Assembly: GCA_951406725.2 (NCBI GenBank)
Contig: OX597818.1
Location: forward strand, 142,290,001-142,354,000
DNA: 64,000 nucleotides
From: Octopus vulgaris
Lineage: Eukaryota
Reading direction: 5' to 3'
Below the pieces are notes generated by a model. It made no database searches and was not told the DNA's origin. It saw nothing but the letters and a program-made list of their open reading frames with translations. The position numbers and the translations under genes are program-made. Positions 1-14,050 of this stretch are shown here, one piece after another. Within the stretch, counting starts at the first letter, position 1; every line of letters begins with the position of its first letter.

Positions 1-207
1 TAAAAAAAGTACCACTTGAGTACTGGGATCAATGTAATCAGCTAGCTCCTTCCTCTGAACTTGCTGGCCTTGTGCCAAAATTTAAAATCAAAGTTTGCAG
101 TCAGTTAACATTACTGAAAAGACACTGCCACAAAGTGACCACTGTAAGTAGCTTCCACTATGTATATTACATGTGCGTGTTTATGAATATAAGAGGATGT
201 GAGTGTG

Positions 208-238
<31 letters not shown>

Positions 239-247
239 GTATATATG

Positions 248-301
<54 letters not shown>

Positions 302-402
302 TATTCTTTTATTCTTCTACTTGTTTCAGTCATTTGACTGGCCATGCTGAAGCACTGCCTTATACATGTAAAAAATGCACACGTGTGTGTGTGTGGACAG
401 AC

Positions 403-472
<70 letters not shown>

Positions 473-802
473 ATAGATTAGATAGACAGACAGAGAGATC
501 CATTTCTCTATCTGTATATGTAAATATGTTTGTGTATATATATATATATAGCATCATTATAGATTTTTTTGTTCACTTTTCCATCCTTACAGAGATGAGA
601 CAGAATTTAGACACCTTTCCTGTCATCAAACCTTCACCTGTCTCCAAATGAAACAATATTTCCCCATGACTGGACATTTTTGTGCAGAAGATTGGAAACA
701 AAGAACACGGCTCGTATGATGATGATGATGATAATGTTTGTTTACAGTTATCATGCAATATTTAGTCTAAGAGACACACACATACACAAACCCACACAAA
801 CT

Positions 803-833
<31 letters not shown>

Positions 834-1015
834 CAGGCTTCTTTCAGTTTCTTTTTACCAAATCCATTCAGAAGGCTTTGGCTGGCCTGGAGCTATAGTA
901 GAAGACACCTGCTCAATGAGCAACACAGTAGGACTGTATCCAAAGCCATGTGGTTGGGAAGCAAACTTCCTTATTGCCTGGCCATGCATGCACCTATTTT
1001 ATATATTTATATATG

Positions 1016-1055
<40 letters not shown>

Positions 1056-1504
1056 TACATATGCATACACACACATATATACATATATACACACACACAT
1101 ATGGTTGCATGTATCTACACATACCTACCTACCTATGTACATACATACACACTTATCATCTCACTAGTAAATTAGGCTCCTTAGCTAAACAATGGGGTGG
1201 GTTTTACCATAGCTCTGAACTGATGAGTTAAGTCTTTCTTAAGACACCAAAGATCACCTACTCCTGTCTTTCAATCCCTGTAATGGATTACACACACACA
1301 CAAGTGAGGGGACAAATGAAAGAAAGGGGCACTCAACACATTATTGTTTAGAACAGTCTGATTCAACCCCATGTAAGTTCCAAAGGCTTGTTACAGGACC
1401 CTAACTGTTGGGTCCTTTAACAAACCTAAGGAGTTTTAAGTTGCATGGGGTTGAAGACTGTTTTAAATAATATATATATATATATATATATAAAGAGTAA
1501 AGGA

Positions 1505-1835
1505 TAAAGTGCCTCTTCAGTCATGAATGACCATGGGACTGCACCTAGAAAGTTCCCCTCCGAAGTAAAAGTCCAGGCACAGTTGTTTATGGAAAACCAG
1601 CAGTCACCCATGCATACCAGCCTCCCTTCCCCACACCACTGATGTTATCCAAGGGAAAGGCAAAGGCTAATACAGCTTGGCACCAGTGACATCACAACTC
1701 ATTTCTACAGCTGAGTGAACTGGAGCAACATGAAATGAAGTGTCTTGCTCAAGAACGCAACACACAGCCCAGTCCAGGAATCGAACTCACTACCACATGA
1801 TTGTGACCTGACATTCTAATCACTGAGCCATGCAT
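1505..1835 (-). mobile_element. SINE: H3-like head + same central domain + tail T4
   Basis: Tail ends GCAGTCCCATGGTCATTCATGACTGAAG. A second copy lies at 63178-63503. Confidence 0.8.
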
Positions 1836-2785
1836 CTTAACACACACACACATATAAATAGGTGTGTGTGTGTTTATATATATTTTTATACATACACACA
1901 CATACATATGTGCATGCACGCGTAACCACAGACATAACAGACGTAGATATATTTATTCCACAGACATTTGATCCAACCAAAATTTTGCATTCATATCTGT
2001 GTGGGTGTGTACATATTTCTTTAGTTCTATAAATGCACGCATGAATATACATGTATGGTATGGGTGCATATATCCGTTGTGTACATTAGTAAATATTATA
2101 CACACACAAAACATACATACACACACACACAAATATATAAAGAGAGAGAGAGAGAGTGATGCATTTGAATTAATATGTCCGAGATAGATTTTTGGTTTTA
2201 TGATGGTCATACAAACAACAGAATAAGTGTGGAAACATACGAGCAACATACTAAAATGATAAAAAACATTGCTCTGTACAAGTATAAATGTACAAAAATA
2301 ATCTTGAATGTGCTTGTGTATATATGTGTGTATATGTAACATGCATTTTTTTACTGTATCAATAAATTATATAGGAAAGTTTATATAAGTTTGATATAAG
2401 ATTAAAACGTTGCAGGATGTAAATATCCCAATTTAATACATACATACCATTATGAAATATAAAAGCCAGTCCCTACACTGACAACATCCGTGAAACTTGT
2501 AGTCTCCATGTTTTCTAATCAAAGTAATGCCAGCAAAGATCTCAATAGGGCACTCCAAAAGAAGGAAATACGTAAACTCTGTTTGTTTCCATCCTTATAT
2601 TAATTTGTGCATGTGTATGTGTGAGTGTGTGTGGGCACATACACACACATACACACACATTTATATATAGACACACATACACACATAGGCACACATAAAT
2701 ATAAGTTCAGTGGCTGTGTATATGCATACACAAATGTGCATGAGTATATTACATATTTACTTGTATATTTACATACACACATATA

Positions 2786-2819
<34 letters not shown>

Positions 2820-2822
<3 letters not shown>

Positions 2823-3211
2823 TTCTATTTTTAAACTTGTTTCAGTCATTTGACTGCAGCCATGCTGGAGCACCACCTTTAGTCAAACAAATCGACACTG
2901 GGATTTATTATTTGTAAGCCTAGTACTTATTCTATCGGTCTCTTTTGCCAAACCACTAAGTTACAGGGACATAAACACACCAACATCGGTTGTCAAGTGA
3001 TGGTGGGGGAACAAACACTGACACAAATACATACATATATATATATACGACAGGCTTCTTTTCAGTTTCCATCTACCAAATCCACTCACAAGGCTTCGGT
3101 TGGCCTGAGACTATAGTAGAAGACACCTGCCGATGATGCCACGCAACGGGAATGAATCCGGAACCATGAAGTTGGGAAGCAAGCTTCTTACCACACAGCC
3201 ACTCCTATGCC
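2820..3211 (-). mobile_element. tRNA-derived SINE, family A (internal TA/TG microsatellite, RTE-like tail)
   Basis: Head GGCATAGGAGTGGCTGTGTGGTAAG...GGATTCATTCCC; tail GCTCCAGCATGGCTGCAGTCAAATGACTGAAAC. More than 20 full or partial copies in the window. Confidence 0.85.
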
Positions 3212-3251
<40 letters not shown>

Positions 3252-5280
3252 TATATATATGTGTCTGTGTTTATGTATACACACACACACAATGTATATG
3301 CATGAACATGAGTGTGCATATATATATAAAACATGTTAAACGATGATATATATACACATATATATATACATATATGGCCTGCCTGCTTAGCCAGCAGGGT
3401 GGCGTCATTTGAAGGCTAAAACAATGTGAAGCGCATTGTGACCAGCGATGTGTAGCAACATCTGATAGCCTGGTCGGTCACAGTGATCACGGTGATATAT
3501 ACATATATATATATACACATATATATATATATACACACATATATACACATATATACACATACACACACACACACACACATATATACATGTGTGTGTGTGT
3601 TGAAAGAGAAAGAAAGAGAGAAAGACTGAAAATCAAGAGACCAGCCTCTTTCAGAAAACTTTTATTAAGGGGAAGATGCACCAAAAGGTGCTTGGCACAG
3701 TAGTATTTACTGATTTGGGATAAGCTCTTCATGCATGGCAGCATCAGCAGCCAGTCTTGTCCAAGACGCAGGCTGTGCTAAACTTTCTCCACGCATTCCT
3801 TCAGTACCTGAAAATTGCTGACTAATGGAATTATGTCAAACAGCTGTTGTAGCATGTGGAATGCAGCTGTTGGTGGGGTCCATTGTGAAGATCACCCTTG
3901 CTGTCTTCTTTTTGGCAGACAAGAGCAAGCAGTTTCCATATGTCTGGTGACTGTGGGTGGCTGTCATCATTGCCATTTTTTTAACTATCCACTTTTCCAT
4001 GCTTGCATGGGTTGGACTGAGTTTAATGAGGCATATTTTCTATGCCCTTCTTGTCACCAACCCTCATCTGGTTCTAAACAAGGTAATACTTCTCCATGAT
4101 CACATATCATCATCGTTTAACGTCCACCTTCCATGCTGGCATGGGTTGGAAGGTTTGACAGGAGCTGATCAGGCAGGAGCCTGCACCAGATGTCAGTGTT
4201 TGTTTTGGTACAGTTTTTACAGCTGGATGCCCTTCCTAACACCAACCATCCAGCAGAGTGGACATATGGTTTTGCAAAATTTCATAAAGGAATGGCACTG
4301 CTTGTATGATGGTGACGTTTGTTTATAGCTATCACACAATAACGAGAGAAGGAGATACACACTCACATATACATGTACACAGGCATATATCTGATGTGTT
4401 TCAGTTTTCATCCATCAAATCCACTCACAGGGCTTTGGTCAGTCTGAGGTTATAGTGGAAGACATTTGCTCAAAGTGCCATGCAGTGGGACTGAACCTAA
4501 TACCATATGGTTGGGAAGCGAGCTTCTTAACCATATAGCCACACCAGCACCTACACACATACAGCACACACATATCTATATGTATGTCATGGTACTCCAC
4601 CAGTTATGATGGTGAGGGTGCCAGTTGATCCAATAAAAAGAACAGCCTGCTTGTGAAATTAATGTGCAAGACATGTGCACCTTTAACGTAGTTCTCAGGG
4701 AGATTCAGTGAGACACAGAGTGTGACAAGGCTGGCCCTTTGAAATACAGGTACAATTCATTTTTACCAGCTGAGTGGACTGGAGAAACATGAAATAAAGT
4801 GTCTTGCTGAAGGACACAATGCATCACTGGGAATTGAACTCATGACCTTATGAGCATGAGCCAAATCCCCTAACCACTAAACCACGTATCTTCACATGTG
4901 TAATATGCATACATGTAAGGCAGCAAGCTAGCAGAATCCTTAGCATGCCAGGCAAAATGCTTTGCAGCATTTCATCTATGTTCTGAGTTCAAATCCACTG
5001 AGGTCAACTTTCCCTTTCATCCTTTCAGGCTCGACAACATAAATACCAGTTGAGCATAGGGGTTGATGTAATTAGCTTACCACCTCCTCCAAAACTGCTG
5101 GCCTTGTGCCACTATTTGAAACCAATATGCAGGCATGTAGCCCAGTGGTTTTAGTGTTCAGCCCATGATCATAATGCTATGGGCTCACTTCTTAAACCAG
5201 GAGAAGCATTATGTCCTTAAGCAAGGCACTTCATTCCACATGACCCCAGTCTATTCAGCTGTAATGAGAACCTATTTTAA

Positions 5281-5502
5281 CCCTTTTATTACTGTATTTA
5301 TATTGAGATGCTCTGTGTTTCATTCAATTAATTTTAAATATAACAAAGAATTTAGTAAAATAACTTGGTTATCATTAAGTTAACGTTAGGAACATTAATT
5401 GTGACTAAAGTTTGGTGGAAGATTTTTACTCAAAACTTATGAAAACAAGACACTTGTACTACAGAGCCAGAGCCGGCTTCAGCCAGGTTAGTAATGAAAG
5501 GG
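5281..5502. mobile_element. TTAA-targeting (piggyBac-like) MITE, family P1
   Basis: TTAA on both sides; 13-bp TIR CCCTTTYATTACT. Confidence 0.8.
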
Positions 5503-5745
5503 TTAAGCTAGTGCAACTCGCTCTCCTTCCAACTGTCATATACTTAATATACTGTTGGGTCAAGAAGGTGTTCACATCTACTTGTGATACATAGGCACCA
5601 AACATAAGTAGTAAAAGCAAAACCAATAACCATACAGCTCAACCAACTATCTCTCACTGATGCCATACATTCAGGTACGTATGGTATCAGAGAGAGACAT
5701 TGATTTCTATATCTGTCTGTCTGTATATAATATATGTATGCATGT

Positions 5746-5802
<57 letters not shown>

Positions 5803-6299
5803 CAGACAGACAGATATATAGATGAATGTTTAGCTTGTAACGTGATAAATAACAATACAACCAGGGTTGACTTTGATTTCAAGTTTTGCCTCAGGAGTCT
5901 TACTTAAACAGCCCTATTCAAGTGTCTGAATAAACCTCATTACACAATCTTTTGTCATGTGTGCCCTATATTGAGTGTGTACTTGTGTGAGCATTGTATG
6001 TGCAGTTATGGTTTTGGGAGGGAGGAGCAAGCATGCATACGTGAATTTACACGAGGGATATAGAGATAATTCAATGTACCATTTCATGATTGGTTGGCTA
6101 TCCTACAATGTAATCTTTATGTAACCACAAAGTACCGGGAAACAAAGTTGAATTCCAGGAAATGACTGACACTGACCAATTATTGTACCGAGGAGTGGCG
6201 AGGCCAAGTTGATGAAGTATTTGCTCCTCAGTTTAAGTGTTGTTGAATTTGTCTTCTGTTACAAGCAATGTCACATGTTATATGACAATTTGGTAAATA

Positions 6300-6862
6300 C
6301 ATCCCCTACTTTGCTCCAAGCCATACTATAACACTCCCCTCATTCTAGGCTAAACACTAAATACTCTTCTATTCTCTAGACTAAACGGTTAACACTCCCC
6401 TTCTCTGGAGATCATACAGTAAAAATTCCCCTTCTCCAGGTCAAACAATAAACTCCCCAATTCTGCAAATCAGATAGTAAACTGTTCTGAGGCAAAACAG
6501 TAAAGGGAATCCCCTTGTCTAAGCAAAATATTAAATGAACCCCCTTCTCCAAGATATACAGTAAACAATCCTTGCCTTTTGCAGACCAAACAATAAACAT
6601 CATACCCTGACCCAGGCCATACATAAACAATCCCACTTCCCTATACCATGGATCAAACAACCCCTGCTTCCCTAGATCATACAGTAAGTAGTTCCTTCTT
6701 CTCCAGATCATAAAGTATACATTCCCCTTTCTCTATAGCATATAGTAAACAGTGCCCCCTTCCCTGAATCCAACAGTAAACATTCTCCCATGTTCCAGGC
6801 CATACAGTGAATACTTTAATGCTTCGGGCAATAAAATATAATCCCCTTATCACAGTAAACCC
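6300..6862. repeat. Highly diverged ~30-bp minisatellite
   Basis: Recurring CCCCTTCTCYAGRYCATACAGTAAAC-like unit, roughly 18 copies. Confidence 0.75.
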
Positions 6863-7116
6863 CCACCCCACCCCCGTTTAAGATCATGACAGATGGACAA
6901 ACAGACTGATAGATAGAAAGTGAGAGAATGAGAGACAGAAAGAGACAGCAGTGGAATACTGGATTAAATATTTAACTGGAATTACAAAACGTGAAAGAAG
7001 AAAGGAGGAAACAATAATGAGAAAAAATATTGCAAAGAGACCATCGATATAATTTCAGCTTCTTTTGTAAGACATTGGACTTCACCAAAAGGAAGGAATG
7101 ACATAAAGTCACTCAC

Positions 7117-7302
7117 AAATATGCTCCAATCTCTGACCCACAGGAGTGTTGTCTCCTCATTCTCTTTTCTATCACTACTACAGTGGCCTTTATTCCTCGG
7201 AGCTGGTTGATCTTCACTTAAGCCCACCCAGACACCATTACTCCCACCTTCACTGCTATTTGTGTGTTCCTGACCTACTAGGCATTGCACTGCACTAATC
7301 AT
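7117..7302 (-). CDS. Candidate alternative first exon, 62 codons (MISAVQCLVG...WVRDWSIF)
   Basis: ataATG start with an upstream in-frame TGA, 186 nt of non-repetitive open frame, donor TTT|GTGAGT in phase 0. Confidence 0.4.
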
Positions 7303-8219
7303 TATCTTTTGTTTCAGTCCTTCTCTTCCAGAATATCAATGCCCTGGAATGCTTTCCTTATGCTCTCCTTACCAATTTTCTTTCCCCAATAGTTGTCAGC
7401 TATGAAGGCATACGCACAGTCCCTCCTCCCAGACAAAACTGCAATCAAACAGGAAGAAACAGAGACAATAAAATTCCCTTCAGTGAAACAACAGCATTAT
7501 TTGCCTCTCTTTGTGGAGCAGAATGGCTGGATGGTCCTAAATAAACTTCATAAGTTTTACTTTTTCACTAATTATCCCACTACACTATAGTAAGATTGCT
7601 AGTTTAATGGGTAATTACTTTGTCAACTCCACAAATTGATTGAAAGGTCAAGTCAACTTGGACAACATTTTTCAAGTTGGGTTTAAAGCTCGTCAATTAT
7701 CCAATCTAATCTGGCTGTGTACCAACAAAGCTATTGGCAAACTTTCTGAAATATGCGGACTACAGAGAACGTGATGTGTTGTTGTTTAACCCCAGGTCAG
7801 ACCTTAACAGAACTCAACAAAATCACAATCAAAGCCATTCAAGTGATGATCATTTTGACTTTTCAGATAGATTTATCTCAGACTATACTACCAACAAAAG
7901 CAGAAAGGATACATTGGACACAGGGAGATTTAGCTGTTATTTCTAAAGGGCTAAGTAATTGTGTTGAGGCACCATCATTGGTTTGTAAATAATCCTATCG
8001 TATTAGGTTGTTGAACATCATCATCATCATCATCATCATCGTTTAACGTCCGTTCTCCATGCTAGCATGGGTTGGACGGTTCGACTGGGGATCTGGGAAG
8101 CCAGACGGCTGCACCAGGCTCCAGTCTGATCTGGCAGTGTTTCTACAGCTGGATGCCCTTCCTAATGCCAACCACTCTGTGAGTGTAGTGGGTGCTACAT
8201 ATAAATATGTATATATATA

Positions 8220-8630
8220 TATCATCATATCTTCGTTTAACGTTCGTTTTCCATGCTAGCATGGGTTAGACAGTTCGACCGAGGATCTGGGAAGCCAGAA
8301 GGCTGCACCAGGCTCCAGTCTGATCTGGCAGTGTTTCTACAGCTGGATGCCCTTCCTAATGCCAACCACTCCGTGAGTGTAGTGGGTGCTTTTTACGTGC
8401 CACCTGCACAGGTGCCAGGCGAGGCTGGCAACGGCCACGGTCGGATTGGTGTATTTTACGTGCCACCGGCACGGAAGGCAGTCGAGGTAGCGCTGGCAAC
8501 GGCCACGGTCGGATTGGTGTATTTTACGTGCCACCGGCACGGAAGCCAGTCGAGGCAGCGCTGGCATCGGCCACGAGTGGGATAGTGCTTTTTACGTACC
8601 ACCAGACCAGGGATCCTGGCTGGTTCAATT
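8220..8630 (-). mobile_element. RTE-related short retroposon (family B) with internal ~65-bp tandem units and (GAT)n tail
   Basis: Minus strand: GGTTGGCATTAGGAAGGGCATCCAGCTGTAGAAAC...CCCATGCTAGCATGGAAAACGAACGTTAAAC. Other copies near 8017, 8955, 9968, 27645, 30955, 39325 and 43445. Confidence 0.75.
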
Positions 8631-9400
8631 CGAATTTGTAAAAATTCACAATATGTAAAAATGTACATGTAAAATAGTGGCACCACATGGGACAGCAAGC
8701 ATCTCTTTAACTCTTTAACGTTCAGATTTATCAAATGTAACACTTATTTATTCATAATGTTTTGAATTAATCAAGCATTACCTTGTTGCTCTGAGATTTT
8801 GATGATAGCTGATTAGAACATAAAACAAGTAGAATATTTTGGCAGGATACAGCCAGTTTAAATGCTAAAGGATTAAGGGAAATATTTGGATGCTGCATTA
8901 TCAGGTCAACTAAAATGCTGCCTTTCCTCTGTTGCTTTATTTTCTGAGTTCAAGCGTTAGGAAGAGCATCCAGCCGTAGAAACACTGCCAGATCTGACTA
9001 GGCCTGATGAAGTCTTCCGGCTTCACAGACCCCAGTTGAACCGTCCAACCCATGCTAGCATGGAAAACGGACGCTAAACAATGATGATGATGATGATGAA
9101 GCCTACCAGAATTAATTTGCCATTCATTCTTGTGGAAGGCAATGAATTAAACGACATTCAATTTATTTTGTCACTTCCTCCTCTCAGATATTTGTACCTA
9201 TGTTAGAAATCCTGATGAAAAAAAAGACAGGCAAAGGTAGAGCAGTATGGTTAAGAAATTTACTTCAAAACCATAGGATTTCAAGTTCAGGTCCTCAGCA
9301 GTACCTTAGGCAAGTTTCTTCAACTATAGTCCGGGAAGATGGAGGGAACAGCCAATGTTTTGCGAGTGAATTTGGTAGACAGAATCCGCAAGAAACCAAT

Positions 9401-9447
<47 letters not shown>

Positions 9448-10546
9448 TTGAGCATGCACACGTGTGTGAGTGGGTGGGGATGGGCACAAGTACATGTGCA
9501 TGCACATGCGTGTGTACATGTGAGAGTGCGAGTGTGCATGCATCTGTGTGCGTGTGTGTGTGTGTGGGTTTTGTTTGCATGTGCGTGGGTGAGTATGTAA
9601 GTGTCTTCTCCTTGGCTTGACATTTGCTTCCTGATTGTAATCAAATCACTCTTCAAACGAATGGCATTGTTTACAAGCTCTCATGAAAACGTGTCTGGCC
9701 ATTAAGCTGTACATTGTGTGAAGGATTGGTCTTGAGGGGAAGTGTTACTTTGCTCGCAAACATGTAGGGCTGGCAATAGGAAAAGCATCTGATCATCGAA
9801 AAAACAAGAGGAAACACATGGAATAGAGAGTTGCGGAAGAGGTCACAGAATGTACAGCAGAAGAACTTCTACAAAGAAATTAGAATAATAATAATGATCA
9901 TGATAAAGCTGAAGTGAAGACCAAATATATCATGCAGGCATTTAATTGACAAAATATGACTATCCCAACATCATCATCATCATCATCGTTTAACGTCCGT
10001 TCTCCATGCTAGCATAGGTTGGACGGTTCGACCGGGGATCTGGGAAGCCAGAAGGCTGCACCAGGCTCCGGTCTTATCTGGCAAAGTTTCTACAGCTGGA
10101 TGCCCTTCCTAACGCCAACCACTCTGTGAGTGTAGTGGGTGCTTTTTACATGCCACCTGCACTGGTGCCAGGCGAGGCTGGCACCGGCCACGGTCGGATT
10201 GGTGCATTTTATGGAAGCCAGTCAAGGTGGCACTGGCTTCGGCTACGATTCGGATGGTGCTTTTTACGTGCCACCGACACAATATATATATATATATATA
10301 TATATTAAGGTATGTAGAAAAATACAACATGGACAAGAACGTATAACTCAAGAAGACGATACAATAAACACGGACAGGACATTCGAAACCCTCAGTCTTC
10401 AGTCAAGAACCGGATCATCGTAGTAATTTCGGCTGATATACCATATATATACAACAATATATATATATACCAGAAAGAAGGTATATATATATGTGTGTGT
10501 GTGTGTGTATACATATGTATATATACATATATATATAGATACATAA

Positions 10547-10587
<41 letters not shown>

Positions 10588-10591
<4 letters not shown>

Positions 10592-10803
10592 GGCTGTCCT
10601 CTTGTTATCGAGTATGGCCATTGCACGAAGCTTAACTGTTACTGGTGCTGTGATCGAATGTGACTTTTTAGCCCAGCTATAGATCTGCAATGTCTTGTAC
10701 AGAATTGGCAACTAATACCTTTACCGATAATAGCCGGCTGTAGTTGTAACTGGGCTTCATGTAACTTTGCAAGTCGTTTAAGTCCCCCTGCTGAATTACA
10801 CTC
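10588..10803 (-). mobile_element. 3' end of an RTE-clade LINE (C-terminal C2H2 zinc finger + short 3' UTR)
   Basis: Translates ...[26 protein letters not shown], then ~50 nt of UTR; flanked by (TA)n. Confidence 0.75.
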
Positions 10804-11609
10804 TATATATATACATATAGATAGATACATATATACATATAGATACATATATATATATACATATATATGTATATATATATATATGTATACATATGTATAT
10901 ATATACACACATATATATTTACATAAGCATATTATCGTTGTCATTGTTTAACATCCATTTCCCTGCTGGCATGGGCTAGATGGTTTGACAGGGGCTGGGC
11001 AGCTGGAGAGCTATACCGACTCCAATTGTTTGTTCCGGCATGGTTTCTATCGCTGGATGCCCTTCTTAATGCCGACCACTTTACAAAGTGTCCTGGGTGC
11101 TTTTTATGTGCCACCAGCCAAGATGCAGTTTACACAGCACTGGCACAAGGGCATTTTACATGGTACCAGCACCTGCAAGACAAAGGCCTCTCAGCTGGGA
11201 AAGGAAGTGGGGGTATGGCTATAAAAAATATGCCTGTGTGTATGGATGGACATGATGTCACTTAGCTTGATGTGTTTACTCAGGTAGAGCAAATCGGCAG
11301 AAGTCCCAGTCCTTTGTCATCTCTTTGTGTTTTCATGTTTGGATTAACTATATATATATATATATATACATTGTCCCAGTTTGTATTTTTCTACACATAA
11401 TACATATATATACATATATATATACATCTATATTGAGTGAGAAAACGGCATGGACAATTTTTTGGAGTCTAATAATACCATGTACGCCTATTTGATTATG
11501 AAGATTTACAAACATACTTTCCCAGTGATACTCGGTTTACCTACCATTATAAACAATACCAAATGTTTTTTCTCAAACCTTTCATAAAGTCTTTGGTGAA
11601 GCAATTGCA

Positions 11610-11704
11610 TGCGGCTGAAGAGGGCTTTTGAACTATCTGTTATGTTGATTATGCATTGATGTAAGAATAAGTTGTTCTATAAAGCTCGAAACATATGTAC
11701 CGCA
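11610..11704 (+). ncRNA. Type I minimal hammerhead ribozyme (Penelope-like element type)
   Basis: Stem I TGCGG/CCGCA; core CTGAAGA (11615-21); stem II GGGCTTT...AAAGCTC; GAAA (11688-91); palindromic C-ATAT-G stem III; GTA cleavage triplet. Sits in a ~310-bp insert flanked by (TA)n. Confidence 0.75.
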
Positions 11705-11878
11705 ACATCCTTTGTGTCCAGTTTTTCATTTTATTTTATTTGATACACATATATATATATACACACACACATTTATATATGTATATATATATATACATAT
11801 ATATATATACATATATATACATACATAAACATACATATATATATACATACATAAACATACATATATATATACATATAC

Positions 11879-12117
11879 GAGGCGCAATGGCCCAGTGGTT
11901 AGGGCAGCGGACTTGCGGTCGGAGGATCGCGGTTTCGATTCCCAGACCGGGCGTTGTGTGTGTTTATTGAGCGAAAACACCTAAAAGCTCCACGAGGCTC
12001 CGGCAGGGGATGGTGGTGATCCCTGCTGTACTCTTTCACCACTCTAAAGGCGGTGCTCCAGCATGGCCGCAGTCAAATGACTGAAACAAGTACAAAAAAA
12101 AAAAAAAAAAAAAAAAA
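11879..12117 (+). mobile_element. Chimeric SINE: head H2 + family-A tail + poly(A)
   Basis: GGCGCAATGGCCCAGTGG...GTTTCGATTCCC head runs directly into TAAAGGCGGTGCTCCAGCATGGCCGCAGTC and an A-tract. Confidence 0.8.
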
Positions 12118-12575
12118 TATATACATATATATACATATATATATAAATACATATATATACATACATATATATACATATATACACATGTATAAATATATAC
12201 ATACATACACACACACACATATATGTATATATATACATATATACAAATATATAGATATATACATATATATACATACATATATATATATACATATATATAC
12301 ACACACACACATATATATATGAATTGCCTTGTCATTTCGTTGTCTTCATTTAAATCAATTGCTTTGACCCTTAGTCATCTTCATCAGGTCTTGAAATTGT
12401 GTGCAAACAATTAAAGAAAAAAGAAGTAAAAGAAACTCTAGGCTTGTATTTCGTATAGAGTATATAGCCTTTGAAAGTAATCAAACTTCAACTGAGTCAA
12501 TTTCGGCAGAATAGGGCTAGAAGGACATACACAAATGTCCATCTGTGCTTATATACATGCAGATTCAGATGTGCG

Positions 12576-12698
<123 letters not shown>

Positions 12699-14050
12699 GA
12701 GGGGAGCTAGCTATGTTTAATCTTCCCAAATCCTCTTGAGGTTAAACAGAAATCTCAATAAAAAAGTTGACCCCAAAATAAAAGAGATAGTAAACATCCC
12801 TGGGGGGGGTCATGTCTAATATTTTATAGAAACAAGTTTGATGAATGATACACAACAGACATTTTTTAAGTGTGTATGTGTGTTGGCGGGGAGGGAAGGG
12901 TAACAAACAGTTCAGTATGTAAAGGTTAAGGGAGCAGCAAAAAGGTTAGTAAAAAGGGACACTAGCTTCAACATCCTTTTAACAAAATTTCTCCCACCCA
13001 CCCACCTCACCACCACCACCACCATCATGCTATTTGATTTCTCTGCCAACATGTTGCTGCTGTTGTTAAGCCCCAGGTCAATTGGAACAGGCCTGTCCCT
13101 TCTGTTTAGGGGTATTTAAGACTGTAATTATCTAGGGAGCCTTTTTGACATTATAGTAGATCATAGTTTGAGGATTATCTGGCTGCTATTTCATGGACTT
13201 GAGCAGGCACCAGATAAAGGCTCACTTGGTTTCATGTAAGCATGTGGAAAAGCAATTTAAAGTAGGACCAGAAACTTTATATATACACATGCGTACAAAT
13301 ATATATACATATACACACATACTTGTTATCTGAGTGTATGTATATATATATACACACACTCACAGATATATATGTGTGAATGTGTATGTGTACATGAGTG
13401 CATATATACATATACACTCACACACACACACACACATATACACATAACATGCATACATATATATGCATATTACATACATATACATGTATCAATAATGAAT
13501 ACATATACATATGAATGTGTGTGTGTGTGTTATATATACACTCACACACACACACACACACATGCACTTATATATAAAATAGTTCATATATACATATAAC
13601 ACACACATATATGAAGGTTATGAAATACATTAAGAAAAATAAATGTCATATTGATGTCAATGAATGGCCAAAAACATTAATGCATTAAACAGAGATGCTT
13701 TGCAGAATTTAGCTATGATCCTATACATTCTAAGTTCAAATTCAACCAAGGTCAAGTTGATAAGATAAAATACTAGTTAAATACTACAGTCAATATAATT
13801 TTCTAACACCTTCCTCACAAATTTCTGGCTTTGTGTTTATGTAAGAAATAATTCCATTTAATATGAATATATTTTTTTTTTCTCTAGTTTCAGCTCAGGG
13901 CTGCGGCCATACTGATGCACCGCCGTTAAAAATTTTAAATACTCTATAAACTCTATATATACTCAACAAATACACCAGTTAATTCTATGCTGGAGTCCCT
14001 AATGTTCATAAAAATATATATGCATTTGAATTATATATATAAATCATTAT

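Noticed and set aside
3625-3812. Minus-strand acceptor ttttcAG|GTACTG with coding-like sequence
   Set aside because: All three frames stop and no donor was found; more likely a decayed repeat.
8385-8625. CRISPR-like repeat-spacer appearance
   Set aside because: The linkers are homologous to each other, the array lies inside a dispersed eukaryotic retroposon, and no cas genes are present.
9004-9025. CTGATGA hammerhead core
   Set aside because: It is a mutated form of CTGGTGCA in a family-B copy, with no stem II or GAAA.
10639-10803. Host C2H2 zinc-finger gene exon
   Set aside because: The finger is terminal, followed by a very short UTR and flanked by TA repeats, with no splice acceptor; this is typical of an RTE LINE 3' end.
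11879-11950. tRNA gene (also at 17024, 23317-23397, 28200-28271 and 63835-63905)
   Set aside because: A/B boxes are present but there is no proper acceptor stem, and each continues into a SINE body; these are tRNA-derived heads.
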